NCBI GenBank assembly: GCA_965603825.1
Contig: CBFDEM010000030.1
Coordinates: 124,001 to 188,000 of the forward strand
DNA from: Blepharisma stoltei ATCC 30299
Taxonomy: Eukaryota; Protista; Ciliophora
Direction of reading: 5' to 3'
Length of the DNA stretch: 64,000 nucleotides
Part shown: positions 14,701 through 28,304 of the stretch, piece after piece
How the letters are laid out: every line of letters begins with the position of its first letter
Position numbering within the stretch: position 1 is the first letter of the stretch
The notes under the pieces: generated by a model
Databases searched by the model: none
What the model was told of the DNA's origin: nothing
Seen by the model: the letters and a program-made list of their open reading frames with translations, nothing else
Made by a program: the position numbers and the translations under genes

Positions 14701-17700
14701 AAAGCTAATATTGCATTTCCAGAGCTCGAAACTGAATTTTCAAAAAGGCTGGTTTCTAAAGTCAAAGAGCTGGACAGAGCATAAATTGATCCACCTGAGG
14801 AAGAGGATTTTCCATTCATAAAAGTTGTATTTGTGACAACTAGTCCACTAACTGAAGCTAAATATACAAAACTTCCAAAATTGCCTTCTTGGTCATGGAA
14901 CTGAGAATTTGTAATAGTGGCGTTAGAAAGAGTTAAATAAATACCTGGGGTAATTCTGTTAGCAGTGTTATCAAATATTTGACAGCTATCAATTTGAATA
15001 TTTGATGTAAGCGAATAAATCAAGCCTTCTGATTCTGCATGGTTGTTAAACAATTTTGAATTTTTTAAAACACAATTTTCATCAGATCCAATTATATATA
15101 TTACTGCGCCTTTATCAGTACAAAAATTGTCGTAAATTTTTGAATTTTCAATAGAAAAATAAGACAATTGGTCAAAATAAAGGACTCCTCCATATTGAGC
15201 ACTATTTCGAAAAAAATTACATTGGTTGCAATGAAAATATGAATTGCCTTCAGCCCTTATTGCCCCTGCGTATTTTGTTGAAGTATTGTTAGTAAATATC
15301 GTTAACTCGCAATCAGCTGTTGAATTTGAGGTTAAATAAACAGTCCCTGCAGTTATTGTTGAGTTTGCTATAATAGATTCAGTATCTTTTCAATAGCTAT
15401 GGGCAAGAGATATCGCGAGTCCTTCATTTTTTTGGAAAATGCATCTAACTGTCTCAATATAAGAATAAACTGTCATATCATCTGTGCATAAAACATTTTT
15501 CCCTGAATTTTCTGTAAAAATGCAGGAAGTCAATACTATTTTTGTTTTATCAGGGCTTGACTCTTCTGAGCTTGTAAAGTATAGAGCAGAGCCTAGCTCA
15601 GCGTAATTAGCGACAAAATAAGAATGCGATATATTGAGAATACCATACTGAAATAAATTGGCGATCGTTCCTTTGATTTCAGCAGTATTGTAGACAAATG
15701 TACAGGATTCTATAATAGAGTCATTTGAAAGAGCTACACTATTATCAATATATATTGCTGAGCCACTTGGTGCTCAATTGGATATAAACAAATTATCTTT
15801 CACATATAAAGAAATCGGATCTTGCGATAATATGTTGCCTGATATAAATATAGCTCCCCCTTTAGTATCGAGGCTTCTGTTGTCTTTAAAAATAGACTTT
15901 TTTATATCAATTTCATGAGTGTCTGCTCCTGTATATACTGAAAAATAGACAGCGCCAAGCCCTGAACTTGCTATGTTTGAATCCACAGTTACATTATTCA
16001 GCATTAATAAATCACCATTAAAATAAATTCCAGGATTATAGCTTGCGGAGTTATTTGATATCACTGTATTTTCTATAGATGTATTTGCTAAGCTTTCAAT
16101 AAGGCACAAAGCTCCAATTCCTTGCTCATGGGTATTTGTATTATTATTGAATTTTGAATTAGTTATTCACATGCCTATAGAACCTAAAGAATATATACAA
16201 GTTCCATAAGAAGAGCTGGCTGTATTTTCTTCAAAAGTGCAATCGTTAATATTTGTATTTCAGACCTGTATATAATTTATTGATGGAGATCCAGCTTTAC
16301 AGGTATTGCTTTTAAACGTACTTTCTGATAATTCATAATTATAGCAATAAGAAGCATATGATAAAGCAAGACAATCTATATTAACTGGATTTCGGACGAG
16401 TTTTTTTGTATATATATCGCTATTAGCTACAAAATAGCTTCATATAATTGTATTGATATTCTGGGTGTCTGTGCTACCATTGGATACTATAGTGAGATTT
16501 TGCATTCTTATATTGAATAGTTGATTAATATCGAAAATTCCATTTCCTCCTGAGTAGTTGTTTGTAATAATAGAATCTTTAAATATAAAATCTCGTTTCT
16601 TGAATATTGCTTCGAATACATTTCCATTGGCATCACTGGCAATTACTCTTGTATCATCGAAATATTGAGAAGAGTAATAATTGTTATTGATTGATATCAA
16701 AGGTCCTGATTGAACTCCATTTCCATCTATAACCAAATTTTCTAATAAAATCCTCTGTAGCTGAGCCAGATAGCTGATTGACAAAATCCCTGTATTTAAT
16801 CCAAAGTTATTTTTAAAAGTCGTATCATGTATATAAACATGATATAGCAATAAATCAATTAGCTCTCCATTAGAATTCACATCGTCTCTAAACGTCAATG
16901 TAGTCGGAAACAAATAAATAAGCCCATAATTCGCAATATTTTTATCAAAAACACAATGAGAAATTTCAATTGACCTAAATAGGGCGAGTTTTACAAGTGA
17001 ATAATTATTAGAGTCCACATATGGAGTATACACAATATTGTTAACAAAAGTCACATTTTTCAGCTTGACAGTCCTGACTTTTTCTACATTTAAAAATCCT
17101 GAATACTGGGCTGACCCATACTCATAGCCATTATTAAGCCTTGATACTACTCCATTTGTATACTCAAAACTTCCACAATTATAATTAGGGTCTCCACAAT
17201 CCAAGAAATAAATTAGTGAATTTTTGGTTGGTGTTGTAGGTGTTTGTCCAGGCTGTGTTGTGGTAACTACTTGTCAAAAGCATCTTATATTATCAAAATT
17301 TACATTTTTAAATGTAAGATTTCCTCCTGAACTATAGATTAGTGATCTATGCTCATATCTAAAATCAGATATATTTACATTTTCCAAAATTAAATTGGCA
17401 TTTGTCACATTAATAAATGCTTTAGTGTGATAAGTGTTAGTGCAGAATGTTGAAGGCACATAACTAGTAACTTTAACACCTTGATCGCTATAATAGTAAC
17501 CATCAGAACCTAATGTGATATTTGCGCAATAAGTACAATAAGGGTTTGCTGATGAGGATGGGCAGCCTGAGGTAAGGTCTTTTCCGTTAAAAGCAATATT
17601 TCTTATTACAAGTGTCATATAATTTTGCACAGTAAAAAAAAGAAGTTTTCAATCTGCCCTGTTCTTTATTACAATCATGGAATTATCATAAGAAGTAATT

Positions 17701-19254
17701 AGAAGGTGTTTTATGGTGAAGGTTCTGATTAGAGGACTACAGACGTCATTTGTTAATCAGTATACAGGGTTTGAGGTGTTCACGCAGATTAAATAATGAT
17801 CTCCGTCATTAAGTAAATAAACAACTGCATATTTGTTATAAATTGAAGCTAAAGCGACAGCAAGAGTAGTGAATGGGTTGGCTAAAGTTCCATTTCCTCC
17901 ATATATGTCAGTGCTGTTTTTTGAAGTCACATAAAAAATTGCTGGATTATCTCTTGTTGAGTAATCCTTAGGAATCATACAAACTGAATAATTTCCAAGC
18001 ATAGTAACAGCTTCATGACCATCTGGACACCTAGTAAGACAATATCCATAAAATTGATAAGTTTGAGAGTTGCACCTAAAGCAATCTCCTGCGGATTTTG
18101 AGTTGCAAATTAAGCAGTTAGAATCATAGCAAGCATATGTTGTACACTTATTCCATGAATAAATGCAATTTTTTGATTTGCAATTTGAGTGGCAAGAGCT
18201 TGGATCAAGGACTTCAGTAGACAAGCAGCTTGTAGTATTCGTACAGTTATCTGGGCTTACATTTGTAATAATATTTTTATAGATAAATCCATAATATAAA
18301 GCGAATAAAATTTGGTTTGTGTTTTGGCATTGAGAAGGTTCGCTAATAGTATCATATCTGCACATAGAATTCATGCAAGAATCTGTGCATTGCCCATAAC
18401 TTTCTATACCGCAGCCTTCAGCGCAGCCACAGTCATAGTTATCATAATTACAGTCATTTACATTACAAGCTGCATTACATGTTCCATCTCCTAGCATAGA
18501 CATTAAACACCCAGGAGCGCATTTTTGACAATCTCCTCCGTCATAATCGCAAGCTGAATTATCACAAGCTTCATCACAAACTCCATTAGATTTCATATAT
18601 GAACGGCAGCCTTGGGAACAGTCACAGTCTCCACTATCTCAATTGCAAGCGAGATTATTGCACTCTTGATTACAATTATTGTCTCCTATCATTCAAAGTT
18701 CACATCCTGAACTACATTGATTATTATTACAATCTCCAAAATCATAATTACAAGAAGAAACATCGCAAAATTTATCACAAATCCCATCTCCAAGCATTTC
18801 CCTGCTGCAACCCGCTGAGCAATCTTTACAAATTCCTAAACCATAATAACAATTTTCATTATTACAAGATTCTGAGCAATTTGCATTTAAATTGTCTTGG
18901 AAGCCTAAAATAACTTTTACAATTTGAAGAGCAGTACCCGCAATCTCCAAAATCGTACCCGCAGACCGGATTATTACAATTCTGGTCGCATATTCCATTT
19001 CCAAGATCAGAAAGTAAGCAGGAATAATTATTTATACATGATTCGTAGCAATTGGAATTTTCCGGATTTTGTTTTGGGTTTGTTGAAGGATTTGAGTCAA
19101 AATTACAAAATGAAGTCATGCAGTTAAGATCACAAATTCCATCTCCTTTCTAAGTAGAAATTACAGATGATGGTGGACATAATGTTGGGTTGCACAGGAA
19201 GTTCAGCGCTAAAGACCAAGAAGGAAAGATAAAGAATAGAAAGCAGATAATCAT
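11736..19254 (-). CDS. Receptor-like membrane protein, copy B (~2,495 aa), same architecture as copy A
   Basis: The start reads MIICFLFFIFPSWSL. The frame is continuous with TGA=W after removing introns 19150-19164 and 18905-18920. Confidence 0.88.
18905..18920 (-). other. 16-nt intron (copy B intron 2)
   Basis: GTAAAAGTTATTTTAG. Removing it repairs the frameshift between track ORFs 18862-19119 and 18693-19004, giving CSSNC|FQDNL. Confidence 0.9.
19150..19164 (-). other. 15-nt intron (copy B intron 1)
   Basis: GTAATTTCTACTTAG, containing an in-frame TAG. Confidence 0.9.
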
Positions 19255-19520
19255 AAGCCTATTTTTTTATTGATTAAATTCATTTTTCGCAAATTAAGTC
19301 TCAAAAAGTTACAAAGCAAAAAAATTATATTCGGTTTTAATTCTAAAATTATTTATAAAACAATATAAGCTAATATATTAGAAAGATTAAGATCGAGATT
19401 GTCTCAATTATAATGTTGGAGGATTAGGAAATTTTTTATTACTTTTCTATATATACATCATAATAAAATTGTTTAAAATATTTAATGCTCGAAATAATAA
19501 TAATATAAATTCATCAAAAC

Positions 19521-19580
19521 TTTCTCAAGTTTTTTAGCTTTTTCTCAAGTCTTTTAGCTCTTTCTCAAGTTTTTTAGCTC
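19521..19580. repeat. 20-bp minisatellite x3 (TTTCTCAAGTYTTTTAGCTY)
   Basis: Three near-identical tandem units are directly visible between copies C and B. Confidence 0.9.
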
Positions 19581-22500
19581 TTTCCCATAATTAAATTGAT
19601 ATAATGCTCTAACTAAAGCAAAAGAAAATCGAGAATTTTAGTTTATTTATTCCTTTTTATATTTAAAGAATTAAAATTCCACTGTCCGTTATCATATTTT
19701 TCTTAAGAAATTAATACTTTCCAGATCTATGATATATGAAAATTGTATTTTTTTAAAAACAGTTTACTTTTCCTTTCATTAATTCATATTACTTAAGCAA
19801 AATCAAATGATTAAAATTCTGAATCATTTCAGAAAGCAGGCTCTTACACCTCTAGTAAAAAAAACACTTACTTATTCAAAAAATATTTTATTTCTAAAAT
19901 TTAGATAATTTGAAATTTTCCTTCGCCTTCTACTTCTTCTATAATTTTTTCTTTGCAATCTAAACCTTTTGAATTGTTAAGCCTAAAGCAGTTTTCTTCA
20001 AAGCTATTTTCTTCTGTATTAATCCCTCCAATACTTTTCTTTTCCATATAGCTATATTCAATGCTATCTTTTTCAATTTCTTCATATATAATAGGCATCC
20101 CTCCTTTCAAATTTGCAAAAAATAAATCCCTCATCTTGATTTCTTTAAAATCAATCCCTTGATGATTTAAGTTTTCGCTTGGAGAAGACTTCAGAATCAT
20201 CTCATATGGAAAATCTCCTGTTTTTTTATTATTACTTCCAATATCTATATTTTCATAATTTTTATGATGGAATCTCTTCCTCAAAAATGGAACTTTCTCA
20301 ATTATTATGGCTATATATGCATTTCCAGCCTTAATAATCCAATAAATAACAAAATAAGCATTTACTGATATAATGACAATAAAAAATAGCATTTCAGTAA
20401 ATTGATCAAGAGACTCAGATAAGTAATACATTCCACAATAAATTGTTATAGCAGAAGATGCAATAGAAACAGTTTCAAGCCTATTCAGATCGTCTCCATT
20501 GTAGGGCTTTATTTTGCATTGAAAATAAAGATAGACTACTAATACAAAAAGTGTAGTAAGAGCTTGAATATTGACTGATACAGCTGATAAAAAAATAGAG
20601 CAGCAAATAATTACTATTTTTCTGTAAATAATAACAAATTCTCAATAATAGCTTCTGGATTTATACCCGTTAAAAGCAAATCCATATTTGATCCTAACAT
20701 CAATACTGCTCAGCCTATGCTTATTTTTCATAATCAGCAGCAAGCATGCAGCTGGTATTCCAATCCCCCATAAAAGTATAGCAGGAAGAGAAATAGCTGT
20801 TATATAAAATACATGCTGGCTATTCCAACACCTCAAACTTAAATCCACTACAAGCCAATCTTCGCCATAATCAAGCTCTTTACAATCAAAAGAGCTAAAA
20901 TAATACTTTATTAAGCTTGGATATACAAAAAATGCAGCCACAATTGAGCTAGTAATTATATTATCAACAAATAATGAAAAATTTCTTTTACAATAGGATA
21001 TCAAAGACCAAATAATAGCTGAAATAATAGGAATAGAAATAGGCAGAAGGGCCATAAAAAACAATTTTTGATAAAAAATCACAGTTGTGCCACCTCTTAA
21101 GTCTCTGCTATAATATAGAAGGCAATCAAAAGAAAAAATTTGTTCACCAATAAAGCTTCCTTTATTTTGTGCAGAAAATAGCTGTTTAGCATAGCTTGGC
21201 CAGGATAGGCTAAAAGTAGTTGTTATCATAGCTAGCTGGATATAATTGACTAATATTTTAATATATACGCTTGTGAGAGATTTAGGTTTATATGCAGATT
21301 TTTTGGACATTTTGACCATTATTCAACAGACTATTATATATCCGATACCAATCGCACACGTTTTTATGATGACTATAGGAAGACTTTGGCATTTTTCACA
21401 TTGATTTTTTGTTATTTTTGCGTAGTCTTCTGAGCAGCTATGGCATAAATTTCCAGTGTATCCTTCAAGGCAGTTTCCTGTATAAGAAATATTTTGTGAG
21501 TCAGAGCCAATGCAAGCATCTGGATTAGGGCAAGGCCAAAATGAGTCAGTCAGCATACTAGATCTTCAATATCCCGGCTTAGGGACCATTGTGTAATTTC
21601 CATAACATATAGCCTCATCAGGGCAAGGCAAACATTGATCACTTTTTGGATTTAAACTGTACAAATCTTCTGGGCAGATTATGCATTTAACTCCAACTGT
21701 AATTTCACCTAATACACAATCTCTTAAAGTGGCATCTACAAGTAAACTTGAATTATAACTAAGGCCATCATTTGCTTTGATACTTTTGGAACTATCGATG
21801 CCGTCTGTTTGTATTTCTATAGAAAAATTGCTGCTCGGCTCTGCGGAAATGATAAATGAGGAAAATGTGAAAATTCCACTGATAGCTGTAACTTTAAGTT
21901 CACCAGATAAAATTACATCTTGTGAGGGCGATATTAATTCACCTACACTAGAATCATCTGTAGTAACAACTGAGCCTAAGTGATCGATCAGGCCAATTAT
22001 TAGTGGGGTTGTAGTTAGCTGTCCAGATGCTAAATTATTTAATTTACCGTTTCAATTAGTATTCATAACTTTCATAGTAACAGGATAAGATGCTATGTTT
22101 TCACCATACACTGCTTTATTGTTTTCAAAAGAATTGCTTTGGAAATTTGGCATGACTTCTTTTCATATATACTATAGCTCCTCCTTCATAATCTGCTATA
22201 TTTCCTACAAAATCATTAGAAAATACATTAAAATTGCATTCTCCTGAGTAACTACATCCTAGTTTCATAGCTCCTCCTATTCCTGAATCATGAGTAGCTT
22301 CAGATGATTGATTCATTGCTTGTGCTTTATTATCATAAAATCTACAATATTTAATATCAGCATTTATATTATCTAGATAAATTGCCCCACCAGCTGATGA
22401 TGTATTATTTACAAATTCCGTAGACATTATTTCATAATTTTTACTATTGATTGTATTGTCTGTAAAAGCAAAATACAAAGCCCCACCATAAATTGATGTC

Positions 22501-25500
22501 CCATTATCAAAAACGCATGAGTTAATATAAACATAATCAGTATTTGTACAACTAATTGCTCCTCCTATTTTTCCTTGACTATTCTTAAAGCTTGTTTCCA
22601 CGATCTTTAAAAATTCCATTTCAGATCCCTCAATTGCTGAATATTTAAAATTTTCAAATAATGATTTTTGTATAAAAGTTCTGCTACCAAAAACACTTAT
22701 AACCCCCCCAGAACTTGAGCTCTCGGTATTTAAAAACTTGCATTGAGAAATATTTAATGCTGTTGAAAATGCTAGTATTGCGTTGCCTGTAATAGAAGAT
22801 GAGTTCATAAATAAGCTATCTGTAAGATTTATTGAGCTTGAAAGAGCATAAATTGACCCACCTGACGTTAAAGATTTTCCATTAAGAAAGGTTGAATTTA
22901 CAACAGCCAATCAATTATCAGAGGCTAAATACAAAAAGCTTCCAGAGTTCCCTTTATGGTCTTTAAATTGTGTGTTAGCAATAGTGAAATTTGAAAGTGT
23001 AAAATAAATCCCTGGAGTAACCCCATTAGCCGTGTTTTCATATATTTCACAGTTATCAATTTTAATATTAGACGCAATTGAATAAATCAAGCCTTCTGAT
23101 TCTGCATGATTATGATACAGTTGGGAATTTTTTAAAATGCTATTGCTTTTAGCTCGGACTATATAGACCACTCCACCTTTATCTTTGCAAAAGTTTCCTC
23201 TGAAAATTGAATTTTCGATTAAAAAATAAGATAATTGGTTAAAATAGAGAACTCCTCCATATTTAGCACTATTTTTATAAAATTGGCATTTGTTGCAGTG
23301 AAAATATGAGCTACCCTCAGCTCTGACAGCGCCTGCAATTTTTGTAGAAGTGTTGTTGGTAAAGCTCGTTAACTCACAGTCAGCTGTTGAATATGACGAT
23401 AAATAAACAGTCCCTGCATTTTTTGTTGAATTTGCTATAATAGATTCAGTATCTTTTCAAAATCCATGAGCAAGATATATAATAGACCCTTCATTTTTTT
23501 GAAAAATGCATTTAGCTGTTTCAATATAAGACAAAATTGCGACATTTTCAGCACATAAAACATTTTGTCCTAAATTTTCAGTAAAATTACAAGAAGTTAG
23601 GATTATTTTGGATTTATCAGAGCTTGACTGTTCTGAAGCAGCAAAATATAAAGCAGATCCAAAATCAGCGTAATTGGAAAAAAATAAAGAATTTGAAATT
23701 TTTAATATTCCATATTGGAAAAAATTCGCAATTGTTCCTTTGTTATTAGCAGTGTTATAAGCAAATATGCAAGACTCAATAATAGAATCGACTGTAAGAA
23801 TTACATTATTTTCTATATATATTGCTGAGCCAGACAGTGCAGAGTTGCACTTAAAGTCAGTATCTGAAATTGATAAACTAATCTGGCTTTGCGATAATGA
23901 TGTGCTTGAGACATAAATCGCGCCTCCATTTACGTCTAAGCTTTTATTATTTTTGAAAACCGATTTTTTTATATCAATTGCACGAGAAATTGCTCCTTCA
24001 AAATCTGAAAAATAAAGAGTTCCATGCCCTAAATTGGCTATATTTGAGTCAAATATTATGCTATTTATAATTAATGAGCCACCTGTAAAATATTTCCTTC
24101 AAAACTGCAACCAATAATATTAATGTTCTCAGATACCTCAAATCTTAGATTTGGGCTTGAATTTTGGCAAAGGTTGTTTTTAAAAGTGCTTTCTAATATT
24201 TCATGATTATAAGAATTGCGAATAGATCATAAAGAATAACAGTCGATGCCATTAGAATCTGTGACAAGGTTTTTTATATATAAATCACTGTTGTCTACAT
24301 AATAGTTTCATAAGATAGTATTGATATTTTGAGCTTCCAGGCTTCCATTAGATTCAATAGTCAAGTTGTAAAAACGTATGTTCACTAATTGATCAAGATC
24401 TAAAATCCCATATAAACCAGAGTGATTGTTGGCAATTGTTGAATTTTTAAAAATAAAATCTCGCTTCTTATATATTGCTTCTATAGAATTTCCATTTGCA
24501 TCTGTTATGGATATTGAAGTATCTGTAAGATATTGAGAAGAATAATACAGATTATTAATATAAATCAAAGATCCTGCTAAAATTCCATTTCCATTTATAG
24601 TCAAATTTTCGAATAAAATTTTTTGTAGCTGAGACTGATAATCAACCCATAAAATGCCTGCAATTATTCCATAGTTATTTGTAAAAATTGAATCGTGAAT
24701 GTAAATGTGATAAAGCAATAAATCAATCAGCTCGTTATTAGAATTTAAATCATTACGAAATACTAATGCCAGTGGCTCTAAATAAATGAGCCCAAAATAG
24801 ACTGCATTTTTTTCAAAAATGCAGTGAGAAACTTCAATTGATCTGTATAGAATCAATTTTATAAGACAATAAGTTGTGGATACGACATAAGGAGAATATA
24901 CAATATTGTTAACAAAAGTGACATTTTTCAGCTTTACAGTCCTGATTTTATCTGCACTTAAAAATCCTGAAAATGGTGCTACGCCATACTCATAGCCATT
25001 ATTAAGCCTTGATACAACTCCATTTGTATACTCAAAGCTTCCACAATTATAATTTGCATCTCCACAATCAAGAAAATAAATCACTGAAGTTTTTTCCTGT
25101 TCTGGAGTTGCTTGTCCTGGCTGTATTGAAGTCGCACCTCACATGCATCGAATACTATCAAAATTTACGTAGCTGAATATAATGTTTGCTCCATAGCTTA
25201 TAATTAAAGTTTTTAATTCCATTCTCCAATCTGTAAAATTTACATTTTTCATCTCTAAATTGGCGTTTAAATATAAACTAAAAAGGCTTTTGGTGTGAAA
25301 TGTGTTGCATGTGGATGAGTCTAAATAATTAGAAACTACAGTCCCTTGATCACTGTAATAGTATCCATCAGAACCTAGCGTAATATAAGCGCAATATGAG
25401 CAATAAGGGTTTGCTTCTGATGGGCAAGTTGATAGAACATCTTGTCCATTGAATACGACATTTTTTATTGTAAGAGTATTAGTACTTGACATTGTAAAAG

Positions 25501-26766
25501 TAAAAAAATCGTGGTCTGCCTTCGTTTTTACAACAATCATAGAGCCATCATATGAATCAATCACAAGATTTGCTGGGCTAAAGCTTTTTGACAATGGATC
25601 ACATACATCAGCTAGCACAGTGCTCACAGGATTTGATGTATTAACACAGGTAAAATAATGATCCCCATCATTCAATAGATAAATAATGGCATACCTATTA
25701 TATATTGAAGCAAGAGCTAGAGAAAGGGATGCAAATGGGTTGTTAAAAGTCCCATTTCCTTCATAAATATCGGTGCTTGTTTTTGAAGTTACATAATAGA
25801 CTGCTGGACTTTCTTTTGTTGAATAGTCTTTAGGAATCAAGCAAACTGGATAGTCGCCAAGTAAATTAACCGCCTCATGACCACCTGGGCATGAAGCCAG
25901 GCAATATCCATAAAATTGATAAGCATTTGAGTTGCATTTAAAACAGTCTCCTAACTTATTTGAGTTGCAAATTAGACAATTTTGGTCTGCACACGTATTT
26001 ACTTCACATTGATTTCATGAATAAATGCACTGAGCTCCTTTACAATTTGTGTGACAAGAACTAGAATCAAGGACCTCTGTTGATAAGCAGCTTGTGTTAC
26101 TTGTGCAATTATCTGGGCTTGTATTTGCTACAAGATTTTTAAATATAAGCCCATAATGTAAAGCAAATAATATCTGGTTTGAATTTTGGCATTTAGAAGT
26201 TTCGCTAGTAGTATCATATCTGCACATAGAATTCATGCAGGAATCTTTGCATTGTCCATAACTTTCTATACCGCAGCCTTCAGCACAGCCACAGTCATAA
26301 TTATCATAATGACAATCATTTACATTGCAAGCAGAGTTACAAGTTTCATCTCCTAGCATAGACATTAAACAGCCAGGAGCACATTCTTGGCAGTCTCCTC
26401 CATCATAATCGCAATCTGAATTATCACAAACTTCATCACAAACTCCGTTAGATTTCATATAAGAATGACAGCCTTGGGAACAGTCACATTCCCCTCCATC
26501 TCAGTTACAAGCCAGATTATCGCACTCTTTATTACAATTATTGTCTCCTATCATTCAAAGTTCGCAGCCTGAAGTGCATTGATTATTATTACAATCTCCA
26601 AAATCATAATTACAAGAAAACACATTGCAAGATTTATCACAAATCCCATCTCCAAGAATTTCCCTGCTGCAGCCAGCTGAGCAATCTTTACAAATTCCTA
26701 AACCATAATAACAATTTTCATTATCACAAGAATTAGAGCATGCTATGCCTAAATCATCTTGAAAGC

Positions 26767-26781
26767 CTAAATATCTTTTAC
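26767..26781 (-). other. 15-nt intron (copy C intron 2)
   Basis: GTAAAAGATATTTAG at the homologous position. Confidence 0.8.
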
Positions 26782-27010
26782 AATCTGAAGAGCAGTACCC
26801 ACAATCTCCATAATCATAGCCACAAGTTGGATTATTGCAGTTTTGATTACATGCTCCGTTTCCCAGATCAGAAGGTGAACACGAATAATTATCAATGCAC
26901 AATTGATAACAATCTGAATTTTCTGGATTTATCAATGGGTTTATATTTGAATTTGAGTCAAAATTGCAAAATGAAACCATGCATGCTAGATTGGAAACTC
27001 CGTCTCCTTT

Positions 27011-27025
27011 CTAAGTAATAGTTAC
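27011..27025 (-). other. 15-nt intron (copy C intron 1)
   Basis: GTAACTATTACTTAG with an in-frame TAG. Confidence 0.88.
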
Positions 27026-28304
27026 TGATAATTGAGGACATCAAGATGGATTACATAAGAAGTTTATTGCAATTGAGAATAAAGGCTGGAGTAAAACAAA
27101 AAAAGATTTGATACTCATAATCTTATGCTATTTTAATTTATAATAAAAACCAGCTCTAGGACCATAATTATTAATTTAAATCATTAAGTACTTTTTAGAA
27201 AAGGTATTTTAAAGTACAAGTAAGAGTAGGTAAATAAAATAATAAAAAATGTCCGAATTTTTTAAAGGTCTATTCAAAATACAAGTTGTTTATATTAAAG
27301 TTCATCTTAATATGTATATAGACAATAATCTTTTAATAAAGCTGAGCATTGGTGTTTTCCTAGTATAGCCAATTGGAAATATTGAACCATCAGAAAGATG
27401 GCTATATTAGGTGATTGATACCACTGTTTTGTTGATAGATATAGGCATTCTAAATTGCTAAAATTCCTTTCCAAGATCAAAGGAAGAAAAAAATTGCTAT
27501 GCATGTTTGATAGCAATCAGAATTATCAGCGTTTATACAAAGTTTGTATTGAATTTGTATAGAAATTATATATTAAAACCATTCATTTCAGATCGCAAAT
27601 TCCATTTCATATCTAAGCAATTGTTACTGATGACAGAAGCCATCAACAAGAGATTTGCATTCAAGGCAGGAATAAACAAGCAATTATCTGTCTTTCATGT
27701 TAAGAAATAAGCTATATTTTTAGGACAATCAAGCATTTTAAGAGTTTAATTATTTCGAAGAGATGCTGAAATAATTGAAATTATTAAAATAAAGTAATCT
27801 GATGAAAATTCCTATCATTACTCGATGATTAAATATAAGAGAATTTGCCATTTTATCCTTATTCGCTAGAATCGAATCCTTTCTTGAATCGGAGCAAAAA
27901 TTACTTTAATTGATGATCTCACAAATTTATTATATATGTATTCTTATTTAATTCAAGGAGTTATATATTTTGGTGCTATTTTTTATATCATTCTTACTTA
28001 ATATAAATAATCAATACTTCTTTTGTATTTTAATATCTTTTCAGTGAATAAATAGACCTTGCGCTCATTTTTTTTAAGCATTAAGTTTGAAATTTATTTT
28101 CTTGACTTAATTTTTATTAGTGAAGCGGATCACTAAATTTACGATAAATTCCTGCCATCTATTATATAAAAATGCATAATGTAATTTTTTGAAAAATTAT
28201 CTATTTAATAATCTAAATTGTATTTCTTATTTTTTCATAATTTGTTGATCTACAGTGTTCCTTTTTAATAACTTAATGAATCAACCATTTAATTAATTCT
28301 TTTC

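Larger units (their letters stand above)
19901..27118 (-). pseudogene. Receptor-like membrane protein, copy C, disrupted by two frameshifts
   Basis: Full-length paralog starting MSIKSFFVLLQPLFS. It has a 199-bp deletion at 24091-24092 relative to B and D, followed quickly by TAA, and a 4-nt TATA insertion at 22166-22169. Confidence 0.82.

Noticed and set aside
22166-24092. The -199 and +4 indels of copy C as compensating frameshifts (net -195)
   Set aside because: A TAA follows the first shift within a few codons and 1.9 kb separates the two lesions, so no full-length product results.
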